From Thermoplasmata archaeon (GTDB lineage Archaea; Thermoplasmatota; Thermoplasmata; Lutacidiplasmatales; UBA184), in assembly GCA_030037955.1 (NCBI GenBank), contig JASHPT010000012.1, positions 2,429 through 66,428 on the forward strand: DNA of 64,000 nucleotides. Direction: 5' to 3'. Below, one piece after another: positions 9,892 to 19,218 of the stretch. Each line of letters opens with the position of its first letter. Position 1 is the first letter of the stretch. The notes beneath the pieces are model-generated. The model did no database searches and was not told where the DNA came from. It worked only from the letters and a program-made list of their open reading frames with translations. The position numbers were made by a program, and so were the translations under genes.

Positions 9892-12315
9892 TCAGCGGCC
9901 CGGACGCGCGGCCTTGCGCGAGCGCGGGAGCCGCCCGCGAAGCTCCTCGTAATCGTGGGTCAGGTCCGGACGAAGTTCGGAGAGCCGACGACGCTCCAGC
10001 TCCTCGACCTGCTCGCGCACCGCCGGCCACTCCTCCCGGGTGGCCGCGACCTCGGCGAGGCGCAGCAGCACCTCGACGATGTCGGCCTCCATGTTCTGTT
10101 CCTCGAAGATCGCGAGCGCCTCCCGGAGCGCGTGCTCGGCCCCGTCGGGGTCGTTCCTCGACCGGCGGATCTTGCCTTCGTAGACATAGGTCTGCGCGAG
10201 CCCGAATCGGTCCCCGACCCGTTCGAGCTGCTCCCGCGCCTGCCGGTTATGGGCATCCGCCTCGTCGAGGCGATTGAGGTCGTGGAGGGTGTCGGCGATG
10301 TCGAAGAGTGCCCAGCCGGTACGGCGGGGATCGTTCGCCTCCCGGGCCAGCCGGAGCGCGTGGTGGAACTCCGTGAGCGTCTTCTCGGGGTCGTGGGTCA
10401 TGCCGAGGGCCACGCCGATGTAGATGTGGGCCTCGGCCGCCTCGGCCTTCTCCCCCATGCGCTCAAGCTCGGTCGCGGCCTTCCGCAGTCGCTCGATGGA
10501 CGGCTCGAGCTCGCCGGGCCGCATCGTGAGCGACCTGGCGTACCGGACCTCCTCGAGCAGCGTCTCCCGGGGGTCTCCCATCTCCTTCGTGGTCGCGAGA
10601 CCCTCGGCGTGGTAGCGGAGGGCCTCCGGGTAATCTCCCCGGAAATAGGCGAGCTCGCCGGCGAGCCGGACGGCCACGAGCCGGACCGGCGCCTCCCAGT
10701 CCTGCTCGGCGCGCGAGCGGATGAGCTCCCCCACCAGGCGGTCCGCCTCTCCCCACCGGCCCTGGTCCGACCGCACGAGCGCCAGGTAGAGGGGGAGCAG
10801 GTCCCGCTGCTGGGGCGTCGCCGCCGCCATCATGTCGGAACGGTCCGTGACCTGGCGCAGCGCCCGCTCGGCCCGGTCGAACTCGCCCACCCGGCGGAGC
10901 TGCCGGACCATCTCGAACAGAAGCTCGATCTCCTCGCCGAGCTCCACCGGCCGGCTGCGACGATGCGCCTCCAGCGCCCGCTCGAGATGCACGAGCGCCG
11001 TCCCCGGCAGATAGGCATCCGCCGCGAACCGCGCGGCAAGTCGGTTGTACTCGAGCGACTTTGCGTCGACGCGCCCGAGATGGAAGTGCCGGGCGAGGGC
11101 GAAGACGGAATCGACCTCCTTGGGGGCGCCGGCTTCGATCGCCTCCGCGACACGACGGTGGAGGATCCGGCGTCGGGTGTCCGTGAGGCCGTTGTAGAGC
11201 TCCTCCCGCAGGTCGTCGCGCGGGAACTCGAAGACCTCGTTCTCCGACTCCCGGAGGAGTCCCTGATGCACGAGGCGTTCGACGGCCTCGGCGAGCTCCT
11301 CCTCGTTCTCGTCGGTGGTCCGCGTCAGGATCGAGAACCGGGCCTTCGGGCCCAGGACGGCCGCGATCGTGAGCACTCGCCGGTCGCTCTCCGAGATCGA
11401 CCGGATCTGGTGCCGTAGCTGGCCCACGGGGTCCTCCGGCTCGGCGCTCTCCGAAGGAGCCCGGGCGGGTGAGGCGTGGATGAGCTGCTCCAGGAAGAGC
11501 GGGTTCCCCGAGGTCTGGGCGAACCAGCGGTGCAGCTGCTCGGGCGGGGTGACCCGGTCCGGCCGGGCCCAGCGGACGAAGTCCACGACCTCGCGCTCGC
11601 TCAGCGGCCGGACGGTGAAGCGGCGGGCCCCGGCGGCGACGAGACGCTCGAGACCGGCCCGGCCCCGGGGCTCCAGGCTCTCGAACGGCGGCGTGGTGCC
11701 GACCCACCAGATCCGCCGGGCCTCGAGCCGAGGCGCCACCTGCTCGAGGAACTCGATCGACCCTTCGTCCGCCCAGTGCAGGTCCTCGACGGCCACCAGG
11801 AGCGGCACCTGGTCGGCGAGGGCGAACATCGGCCCAGCCATCTCCTCCATCAACTGGACCCGGTCGGCCTGGAAACTGTCCCCGAGGGCCACCGACCGGA
11901 ACAGCGAGGACGATTCCCCGGCCCCGCCGGGTCGGAGTACGGCGGCCGGCGCGGCTCCGACGCCGAGCGCGACCGTCGGAGACACGATCGGTTGGGCGAC
12001 GTACGGGAAGGCCAGCGAGGAGGGGGTGGTGGCGCCGAGCGCCGCCGCCTCCCGGTCCACCGCCCGAACCACCGCCCGGATCAGCTGGAACGGCGCGGGA
12101 GCCTGCGCCTCGGAGCGGGCGGTGACGAGCCGAAAGTTGTGGAGCTGGCTTTCCTGTCCCAGGGCGGCCAGGATCGTGGACTTTCCGACGCCGGTCTCCC
12201 CCTCCAAGAGGGTGATCCCGCCGCGACCCCCGAGGACCTCCTCCCGACGATGGACCAGCGACTGGTAGAGGTCGAGGCGACCGATGAGCGGCCGGTCCGC
12301 CCGCGACGACTCCAT
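9892..12315 (-). CDS. STAND/AAA-type ATPase with C-terminal TPR repeats (paralogue)
   Basis: Starts MESSRADRPLIGR; Walker A GETGVGKS, VEDLHWAD, SGNPLFL, TPR repeats. Confidence 0.85.
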   Translation of the reverse strand: MESSRADRPLIGRLDLYQSLVHRREEVLGGRGGITLLEGETGVGKSTILAALGQESQLHNFRLVTARSEAQAPAPFQLIRAVVRAVDREAAALGATTPSSLAFPYVAQPIVSPTVALGVGAAPAAVLRPGGAGESSSLFRSVALGDSFQADRVQLMEEMAGPMFALADQVPLLVAVEDLHWADEGSIEFLEQVAPRLEARRIWWVGTTPPFESLEPRGRAGLERLVAAGARRFTVRPLSEREVVDFVRWARPDRVTPPEQLHRWFAQTSGNPLFLEQLIHASPARAPSESAEPEDPVGQLRHQIRSISESDRRVLTIAAVLGPKARFSILTRTTDENEEELAEAVERLVHQGLLRESENEVFEFPRDDLREELYNGLTDTRRRILHRRVAEAIEAGAPKEVDSVFALARHFHLGRVDAKSLEYNRLAARFAADAYLPGTALVHLERALEAHRRSRPVELGEEIELLFEMVRQLRRVGEFDRAERALRQVTDRSDMMAAATPQQRDLLPLYLALVRSDQGRWGEADRLVGELIRSRAEQDWEAPVRLVAVRLAGELAYFRGDYPEALRYHAEGLATTKEMGDPRETLLEEVRYARSLTMRPGELEPSIERLRKAATELERMGEKAEAAEAHIYIGVALGMTHDPEKTLTEFHHALRLAREANDPRRTGWALFDIADTLHDLNRLDEADAHNRQAREQLERVGDRFGLAQTYVYEGKIRRSRNDPDGAEHALREALAIFEEQNMEADIVEVLLRLAEVAATREEWPAVREQVEELERRRLSELRPDLTHDYEELRGRLPRSRKAARPGR

Positions 12316-12338
12316 CGATGTACGATGGGTCTCTCCGT

Positions 12339-13550
12339 CTATTTCAGTCCGGGGTGCCCGGCGGGGACGAACGGGAGCGGAACGACCGTGGCCCCCACCG
12401 GCCGCCCCCGGATATCGACCGAGAGGCTCGAGCCGACCGACGCCACCGGGGTGGCGACATACGCGAGGGCGATGCCTCGTTGCAGGGTCGGAGAGAAGCC
12501 CCCGCTCGTGACCGAGCCGACGGGCTGGGCTCCCGAGAGCACGACCTGACCGTGGCGCGGGATCGCGGACGGCTCCGCGAGGGTCAGGCCCACCCACCGG
12601 ACCGTGGGCCCGGCGGCTCGCTGCTTCTCGAGCGCGTCGCGACCGACGAAGGCGTGGTCGAATTCGATGAAGCGGTCCTGACCGGCCTCGAGCGGCGTGC
12701 GGTCCTCGTGAAAGTCCTGTCCCGAGAGCAGGTAGCCCTTCTCGAGCCGCAGCGTGTCCCGCGCTCCGAGGCCGCAGGGTCGCACCCCCGCCCCGACCAG
12801 GCGCTCGGCGAGGGCATCGGCCTGCGCGCCCGGAACGAACAGCTCGTAGCCGAGCTCTCCGGTGTATCCCGTCCGCGACACCCAGGCGGCCGTGGCGAGG
12901 GGCTGCGGAAACGCATCGTCGAGCAGATGTCCGCCCGACCCGCCCGGTACCGGGGTCCACGGAAAGTAGGCTGCGTGGAACGGCCGGAGCTCCGCGAGCG
13001 ACCAGCCCCAGAGACGCTCCAGGGTCGTGCGGGACGCCGGGCCCTGGACCGCGAGGATTGCCACGGCGCCGTTGTGCGCCTCGATGTCGGTGTCGGGACG
13101 CCGATGCTCCTGCAGGAGGTCCCGGATCTTCTCGGCGCGGGCGGCGTTCGGGACCGCCACGAACGCCGGAGGCGCCTCGCCGGCGCCCGTGTCGGCACGC
13201 GTGAAGATGAGGTCGTCGACGATCGCGCCGTCCGCATCCAGCAGGAACGTGTACCGGCACTGACCGGGCGAGAGCTTCGCGGCATTGGCGGTCGTCCGTC
13301 GGGACAGCAGCGCCGGCCCGCTCGCGCCGCGGACGGTCAGGATGCCCATGTGCGACACATCGAAGAGACCGACGGACGAGCGCACGGCCCGGTGCTCCTC
13401 CACGATGCTGCCGTAGTGGAGGGGCATCTCCCACCCCGCGAAGGGCACCATCTGTCCGTGGTGTCGGAGGTGGAAGTCGTAGAGCGGAGTGCGACGGAGC
13501 GGCGCCGGGCGGGGCGGGGGCGCCTCCAGGATCGTCGGCCCCTGCGTCAC
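12339..13550 (-). CDS. gcvT: glycine cleavage system aminomethyltransferase T
   Basis: RTPLY, FAGWEMP, FDVSHMG, SRTGYTGELGYE, GLGARDTLRLE. Confidence 0.95.
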   Translation of the reverse strand: MTQGPTILEAPPPRPAPLRRTPLYDFHLRHHGQMVPFAGWEMPLHYGSIVEEHRAVRSSVGLFDVSHMGILTVRGASGPALLSRRTTANAAKLSPGQCRYTFLLDADGAIVDDLIFTRADTGAGEAPPAFVAVPNAARAEKIRDLLQEHRRPDTDIEAHNGAVAILAVQGPASRTTLERLWGWSLAELRPFHAAYFPWTPVPGGSGGHLLDDAFPQPLATAAWVSRTGYTGELGYELFVPGAQADALAERLVGAGVRPCGLGARDTLRLEKGYLLSGQDFHEDRTPLEAGQDRFIEFDHAFVGRDALEKQRAAGPTVRWVGLTLAEPSAIPRHGQVVLSGAQPVGSVTSGGFSPTLQRGIALAYVATPVASVGSSLSVDIRGRPVGATVVPLPFVPAGHPGLK

Positions 13551-14704
13551 GTCACGACCTCGGCGAGCCGCCCCTCGGCGAGAGCGGTTCGGATCTCGAT
13601 CGCGATCCGGCGTCCGGAGCTCATCGGTCCCCTCCAGAGCGCGTTGCCGTACGGGTGGCCGAGGGAGAGGTGGATGTTGGTGCCGCCGCCGATCCGCGCG
13701 GCGACGTCGAAGACGAAGGCCTTTCCGTCCCGGTCGATGCAGGTCTGGAGCGTGAACGGACCCAGAATCCCGGGAGGTGCCCGGCTCCGGGTGACCTCGA
13801 CGAACCGCTCCCCGTAGTCGAAGATCTCTTCCAGCAGCGATTCGCGCACGGTCAGGGTCCCGTGACCGACGACCGTGTAGTGCGGGATCGCATGCGAGCC
13901 CCGGATCTCGAGCTGCTGGGCCGCCGGCAATCGGACCAGGCCGTCCAGCGAACTTTCCCGTCGCTCGTCCACTCCGAGCAGCTCGAGGCCGTCCTCCCGG
14001 GGCACCAGGGGGGAGAAGAAGAAATTGAAATTGAACACCGGGCCCAGCACGTACTGCTCGATCCGCGCCTGCTCGAGGTCCGCCGCGGCGATCGTACCGG
14101 CGGCGATCAGCGAGTCGCTCTTCCGCTGGTACTCCTCGAAGCTCGCGGCGGTGAAGAAGCCGCGTTCCAGCCGGCGGGTGGCGTGCGGAAGCTTGACCAT
14201 CGCGAGCGACTCGATCTCCGGCGGCGACGGAATCCGCTGCGGGGTCGGGATCCCGGCGGCGGCCAGGAGGGCATAGTAGTTGTCCCGCTCGGTGCGCTCC
14301 TCGATCCTCAGGAGATTCCGGGAGCCGACCAGCGGGACACGGAAGGAGTCTTCGAGCACGTCCAGCGAAACGTAGGAGCTCAGGGCCCGGTTCGGAACCA
14401 GGAGGACCCCGTGGTCCCGAAGCCGCGCCTGGCTCTCCGGGGTTGCGGCGTCCGCGAACTTCGGAAAGCTCCAGACCTCGTCGACGCAGCCTCGCGTCAC
14501 GTGGCCGGCCGCATCGCGGTGGGCCCGATAGTAGACCGAGTAGGTACGGTCCCGGCCCTTCTGCGCGAGTACGAGGGTGCGAAAGCCCTCTTCGACCGCG
14601 CCATCGGCGATGTCCAGGGCGGAGTGGGAACCGATCGCGCCGATGACCGGCGGGTTCGGATACGCGTGGGCCAGAGACTGGAGTTCCGACCGCGGGAGGA
14701 CCAT
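13547..14704 (-). CDS. purP: formate-dependent FAICAR synthetase (PurP family, ATP-grasp)
   Basis: IGSHSALDI.DGA..EGF, ERGFF, RESLL, RIGGGTN, MSSGRRIA.EI. Confidence 0.9.
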   Translation of the reverse strand: MVLPRSELQSLAHAYPNPPVIGAIGSHSALDIADGAVEEGFRTLVLAQKGRDRTYSVYYRAHRDAAGHVTRGCVDEVWSFPKFADAATPESQARLRDHGVLLVPNRALSSYVSLDVLEDSFRVPLVGSRNLLRIEERTERDNYYALLAAAGIPTPQRIPSPPEIESLAMVKLPHATRRLERGFFTAASFEEYQRKSDSLIAAGTIAAADLEQARIEQYVLGPVFNFNFFFSPLVPREDGLELLGVDERRESSLDGLVRLPAAQQLEIRGSHAIPHYTVVGHGTLTVRESLLEEIFDYGERFVEVTRSRAPPGILGPFTLQTCIDRDGKAFVFDVAARIGGGTNIHLSLGHPYGNALWRGPMSSGRRIAIEIRTALAEGRLAEVVT

Positions 14705-14718
14705 TGGGGGTCCGGACC

Positions 14719-16914
14719 TTACAGGAGCTTAAGCGCTCGGGCCACGCGCTCCGGCGTCAGCGGGAGTTCGAAGACTCGCGTACCGGTCGCATCCGCGACG
14801 GCGTTGGCAACGGCCGCAGGCACCGGAATGATCGGCGGCTCGCCGATCCCTTTGGCGCCGAACGGCCCGGCACCGGCAAACCCCTCGATCAGGTCGACGT
14901 GGATCGGCGGCGCGTCCCGGATCCGGGGCAGCCGGTAGTCCAGGAGTCCGGGGTTCAAGAGCCGGCCGTCGGGCGTCCACATCATCTCCTCGGACAGCGC
15001 CGTGCCCAGCCCCATCACGACCCCGCCCTCGACCTGCGCCTCGACCGCCGGTCGGTCCACGGCGGTGCCGACGTCCTGGAAGGCGGCGTAGCGTACGATG
15101 CCGATGTGGCCGGTCTCCCGGTCCACGGCGACCTCGACCAGATGGACGGAGGCGGCGAAGTCGTTGTACGGATAGACCGTCCCCTCCAGCACCCGCGACG
15201 CATCGACCTTCTTCTCCGCCCCGTAATGCTTCCCGTGAGCCTCGAGGCCCCCGGCGGCCCGCTCCGCCGGCGTCAGCAGGTCGACCAGCTTCTGCCGGCG
15301 ACGGCCCGAGACGACCAGGACCTGCCCGTTCTTCGTCTCCAAGCGGACCTGCGGCGCCCCGACCCGAGTCGCCAGCGTCTTCTCGAGCGCTCGGGCCGCT
15401 TTCTCCACGGCCTGCCCCAGGGCCGCCAGGGTCCGGCTCCCGTAGACCCCGGAATCGAACGGCGCCGTGGCCGTGTCCCCGTACTGGATCCGGATCGCAT
15501 TCGCGGGGAGACCCAGCACCCGCTGCGCCACCACCGAGAGGCCGCGAACGACACTCCCGTTGCCGATCTCCCGCTCTCCCTCGAGGATCACGAGGCCATC
15601 CGGCTGGAGGAACAGGCGGGCCTCTCCGCCGGCTCCCACGCCCGTCGACCAGAAGCCACAGGCGACGCCGATGCCGTGCCCGGCCGGAATTCCGGTTCTC
15701 CAGACGGCGGCCGTGCGGGCCGCGGCCTCGAGGCCGGCTTCGAGGCCGAAGGGACCGACCGGCTGGTCGTAGGCGGTTCGGTCGTTCTCGCGCCACGCAT
15801 GGATCTTTCGAAACTCGATGGGGTCGGCGCCGAGGCGACGTGCCAGGCCGTCGATATGCGACTCGAGGGCGAAGACGGATTGCGGTGCGAACGGGGCCCG
15901 GTGGGGCCCGAACGGCGGCTTGTTCGTTCGGAGGGCGTAGCCCTCGATGTCGTAGGCCTCGGTGCGGTAGGGTCCCAGCAGGAAGCCAATCGAGTACCCG
16001 ACGGCAAAGTCCCGGCCGGGGAGGGACGCGCCGGTGTCCAGGAGCAGGCGCACACGACGTGCAACGATCCGGCCGCGGGCCACGGCCGTGTCGAGTCGGA
16101 TGACTGCGGGCAGGGTCGTGCGGCCGAGTTCGAACTCCTCGGCGTAGGTCAGGGCCAATTTGACCGGGCGCCCGCTCGCGACCGCCAGAAGGAGGGCGTA
16201 CGGTTCGATGAACGCCGACCCCTTGCCCCCGAAGCCCCCGCCGACCCAGCTCCCCTCGACGAGGAGCTTGGCCTCGGGAATTCCCAGGACGGAGGCTACG
16301 TCTTCCCGCAGTCCGAAGGGTGTCTGGGTCGAGGTGCGGATACAGAACGTGCCGTCCCGGATCTCGCCGAGGCAGGCGTGCGGTTCGAGCGCCACCTGAT
16401 GGACGCCGCTGGTACGATACGTCTCCGAGTGGACGAGCTCCGCGGTCCGGAACTTTCCGTCCACATCCCCGTGACGGGCATGCACGTGGCCCACCACATG
16501 CGGGTCATCCGCCGCCGCCGCGGAAGGCCACTCTGGAAAGATGTCCTCGATGCGGGCGTCGACCCGAAGGCTCTCGACCTCCACGGCAACGGCGGCGGCG
16601 GCCCGACGAGCCTGCGCGAGGGTCTCGGCCGCCACGGCGGCGACCGGTTCGCCCCGATAGCGGATCTCCTGGAGAGGGAACACGGGCCGCTCCACCTCGA
16701 GCGCGGCTTTCGGGAGCAGGGTGCGCAGGTCGTCCGGGCCGACCACGGCGACCACTCCGGGCATCTTGCGGGCGCCGGCCAGGTCCATGTGCACGATCCG
16801 GCCGTGAGCCACCGGCGAGCGGACCAGAGCGGCCCACAGCATCCCGGGCGCCTCGAGGTCGGTGCCGTACTCGAGCGCCCCACGGGCCTTCGGCTCCGCG
16901 TCGGAGCGCATCAT
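14719..16914 (-). CDS. xanthine dehydrogenase family molybdopterin-binding large subunit
   Basis: RSPVAHGRI, VGGGFGGK, QVEGG...G.G.AL.E, LLDY, GPFGAKGIGE. Confidence 0.92.
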   Translation of the reverse strand: MMRSDAEPKARGALEYGTDLEAPGMLWAALVRSPVAHGRIVHMDLAGARKMPGVVAVVGPDDLRTLLPKAALEVERPVFPLQEIRYRGEPVAAVAAETLAQARRAAAAVAVEVESLRVDARIEDIFPEWPSAAAADDPHVVGHVHARHGDVDGKFRTAELVHSETYRTSGVHQVALEPHACLGEIRDGTFCIRTSTQTPFGLREDVASVLGIPEAKLLVEGSWVGGGFGGKGSAFIEPYALLLAVASGRPVKLALTYAEEFELGRTTLPAVIRLDTAVARGRIVARRVRLLLDTGASLPGRDFAVGYSIGFLLGPYRTEAYDIEGYALRTNKPPFGPHRAPFAPQSVFALESHIDGLARRLGADPIEFRKIHAWRENDRTAYDQPVGPFGLEAGLEAAARTAAVWRTGIPAGHGIGVACGFWSTGVGAGGEARLFLQPDGLVILEGEREIGNGSVVRGLSVVAQRVLGLPANAIRIQYGDTATAPFDSGVYGSRTLAALGQAVEKAARALEKTLATRVGAPQVRLETKNGQVLVVSGRRRQKLVDLLTPAERAAGGLEAHGKHYGAEKKVDASRVLEGTVYPYNDFAASVHLVEVAVDRETGHIGIVRYAAFQDVGTAVDRPAVEAQVEGGVVMGLGTALSEEMMWTPDGRLLNPGLLDYRLPRIRDAPPIHVDLIEGFAGAGPFGAKGIGEPPIIPVPAAVANAVADATGTRVFELPLTPERVARALKLL

Positions 16915-17387
16915 TGAACGGCCTTCCGCGCCAAGGCCACCGCCCGCTCGATCGCCCGGTAGCCGGTGCACCGGCACAGGTTCCCTTCCAGGCCGTCGAC
17001 AAGCGACTCCACGTCCGGTGGGCTTTTGCTCCGGCCGAGCTGGGCCGCGAGCGCCACGACAAATCCGGGCGTGCAATAGCCACACTGCACGGCCCCGGCC
17101 TCGGCAAAGGCCTTGATGACTGCCTGACCGATCGGTACCGCCGCGACGCCCTCGATGGTGGTCACGGGCTCGTCACCCACCTCTCGGGAGAGGAGCAGGC
17201 AGGAGAGCGTCGGCTCGCCGCCCACGAGCACCGTGCAGGCGCCGCAGTCCCCGGTCCGGCAGCCCTCCTTCGTGCCCTTGAGGCCGGCGCGCCAGCGGAG
17301 CGTATCGAGCAGCCGCTCCGCGTCCGGGACCGACGCAAAGCGTCGGCTCTGACCGTTGATGTGGAGCGCCAGCGCCGCGTCGGTCAT
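16911..17387 (-). CDS. [2Fe-2S] small subunit of Mo-hydroxylase (CoxS-like)
   Basis: GTKEGCRTGDCGACTV, QCGYCTPG, GNLCRCTGY; ATGA overlaps with both neighbours. Confidence 0.95.
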   Translation of the reverse strand: MTDAALALHINGQSRRFASVPDAERLLDTLRWRAGLKGTKEGCRTGDCGACTVLVGGEPTLSCLLLSREVGDEPVTTIEGVAAVPIGQAVIKAFAEAGAVQCGYCTPGFVVALAAQLGRSKSPPDVESLVDGLEGNLCRCTGYRAIERAVALARKAVQ

Positions 17388-18253
17388 CGAGACGGCTTCC
17401 GGGCCGCCGCGGGCCGCGGCATGCGGTCGATCGTGGTCTGCAGGGCCCGCCGTACCATGACCGCCACCAATCGGCGACGATACGACTCGGTGGCGCGCTT
17501 GTCGGAAACGAACTCCGCCCGCCGGGCCGCCTCCTGAGCCGCGAGCTCCTGCTCCAGGTGGGTCGGTCTGGCCGACCGCAGCACGGCCTCCGCCTCGCTC
17601 AGTCGACGGGCCCGGGGCTGAAGCCCACCCAGGGCGATACGCCAATGCGGCGCGTCCGGGAGGTACGCGGTCGCGACACCGACCTGAGAGATGTCGTTCA
17701 CGGGCTGCACCCGTTGCCACATGTAGGTCGACGGAGCCGCCGAGGGAAAGATCAGCGATTCGATGAGCTCTGCCGGTCCCAGGTTCGTTTTTCTCGACTC
17801 CTGCAGCACCAGATCGACCGGATGTTCCCGAACACCGCTCGGTCCGAGGATGCGAACGCGTGCGTCCAGCGCGATCAGCATCGGAAGCAGGTCGGAGGCA
17901 GGAGAGCAGCGGCCCACGTTGCCCCCGAGCGTCGCCCGGGCCCTGAGCGCGGGACTTCCGACGTCCCGGATCGCCTCCCAAAGGCCGGGCAACTGCTGCT
18001 GCACACGCCGATCGAGCTCGAGGGTTCGCAGCGGAAGCGTGCTCCCGACGACGAGACTGGATCCCTCCCATCGCAGGTACCGCCACGGCATCTTCCGGAG
18101 CGAGAGTACCTGCCGCGGAGAGGCCCGGGCCTGATCGATGTCGATCAGCAAGTCGGTTCCACCCCCCAGAACCGACATCTGGCCGGCCGACGCGCCCGCC
18201 AGCAGCCTCACAGCTTCCTCCGGAGTGGCCGGCTGGACCAGCTGAAAGCTCAC
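17384..18253 (-). CDS. FAD-binding medium subunit of Mo-hydroxylase (CoxM-like)
   Basis: LGGGTDL, R.RATLGGN, SPASD. Confidence 0.92.
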   Translation of the reverse strand: MSFQLVQPATPEEAVRLLAGASAGQMSVLGGGTDLLIDIDQARASPRQVLSLRKMPWRYLRWEGSSLVVGSTLPLRTLELDRRVQQQLPGLWEAIRDVGSPALRARATLGGNVGRCSPASDLLPMLIALDARVRILGPSGVREHPVDLVLQESRKTNLGPAELIESLIFPSAAPSTYMWQRVQPVNDISQVGVATAYLPDAPHWRIALGGLQPRARRLSEAEAVLRSARPTHLEQELAAQEAARRAEFVSDKRATESYRRRLVAVMVRRALQTTIDRMPRPAAARKPSR

Positions 18254-18350
18254 GCGCACTCCGACCGGGCGGCGATTGATAGCCTTTCGGTGCGCGACGA
18301 GGCTCGACATGTACTTTTATCCGCCAGACCGGCTTCGCTCCCCGTTCGTA

Positions 18351-18860
18351 ATGCCGTTCGAGTTGACACTTCGTTACAGCACCCCACTCACGCCGCTCCC
18401 GGACGTCGACGAAGTGCTCCAGGAATTCCTCCGGATGATCGGCTACTTGCCGGAAAGTTACGATACGCGCGGCGGCACGGGGCCGGTCGAGAGCCGGGTG
18501 GCGTACCGACTGGTCCGGGACTGCCTGATCCGCGCCCCGACACGACCGTGGTACATCGATGAGATCGTTGCCGTCCTCAAGACGTCCAAACCGACGGTCT
18601 ACCGGCACATCAACAAGCTCAAGTCGCTCGACCTGCTCGAAGAGGTCGGCGGCTCCGCCGACGGCAAGGGCCGCAAGGGCTACCGACTCCGGTACGGGAA
18701 CCTCGCCCGAGCGTGGGACTTCACGGAAGCGAACGCGCAGAACGCGCTCAAGCGGTACCGGGAGACCGTGAATCACCTCCAGACCCTGCTCGACCGCGCG
18801 GAAACCCCGCCCTCGGTCGTGACCAAGGGCTCGGCGAGGGCCAAGGGAATCCTTCAATAA
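18351..18860 (+). CDS. winged-helix transcriptional regulator
   Basis: IDEIVAVLKTSKPTVYRHINKLKSLDLL HTH pattern. Confidence 0.8.
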   Translation: MPFELTLRYSTPLTPLPDVDEVLQEFLRMIGYLPESYDTRGGTGPVESRVAYRLVRDCLIRAPTRPWYIDEIVAVLKTSKPTVYRHINKLKSLDLLEEVGGSADGKGRKGYRLRYGNLARAWDFTEANAQNALKRYRETVNHLQTLLDRAETPPSVVTKGSARAKGILQ

Positions 18861-18890
18861 CTCCGCACGCGACTCTAGGAGCGAATCTCC

Positions 18891-19199
18891 ATGAGCGCAA
18901 CGTCGGCGCCAGGGTCGGCGAAGAAGAATGCGATCGCGCTGACCGTGGGCTCGAAGATCCGCGTGCGGTCGGCCAGCAGCGAGAACGAGTCGCTCGTATC
19001 GAACGGCGCGTTCCGGGGCCTTGTCTCTATCGGCGGCGACAGTTCGCTCGCCGTGGAGCTCGACGGCACGGTGGCGGAGGAGAAGGGGCGCATCCGATTG
19101 ATCCCACTCAACGCCCTGCTGGCCCTCGACGTCCTCGAGGCGGCGAAGGCCGAAGAGGAGAAGCGCGCCGACCCGGCGAGCCCCGGCTACTTTGGCTGA
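18891..19199 (+). CDS. small hypothetical protein (possible Sm/SH3-like beta fold)
   Basis: AGGAG SD upstream; alternating beta-strand pattern; ends ...PGYFG. Confidence 0.7.
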   Translation: MSATSAPGSAKKNAIALTVGSKIRVRSASSENESLVSNGAFRGLVSIGGDSSLAVELDGTVAEEKGRIRLIPLNALLALDVLEAAKAEEEKRADPASPGYFG

Positions 19200-19218
19200 G
19201 CCCCGGCCGCTCCGTCAA

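Noticed and set aside
6896-9952. 1018-aa plus-strand ORF and similar long ORFs (14704-16917, 20561-22732, 42534-44771, 59202-61538, 55156-57174)
   Set aside because: Antisense shadows of well-supported genes, expected in GC-rich DNA; no motifs
9892-13434. 1180-aa version of the second STAND protein (and similar N-terminal extensions of other ORFs)
   Set aside because: The extension overlaps gcvT out of frame; the paralogue aligns only from Met at 12315
14719-16914. Aerobic CO dehydrogenase (coxL)
   Set aside because: Lacks both the AYxCSFR and AYxGAGR active-site motifs
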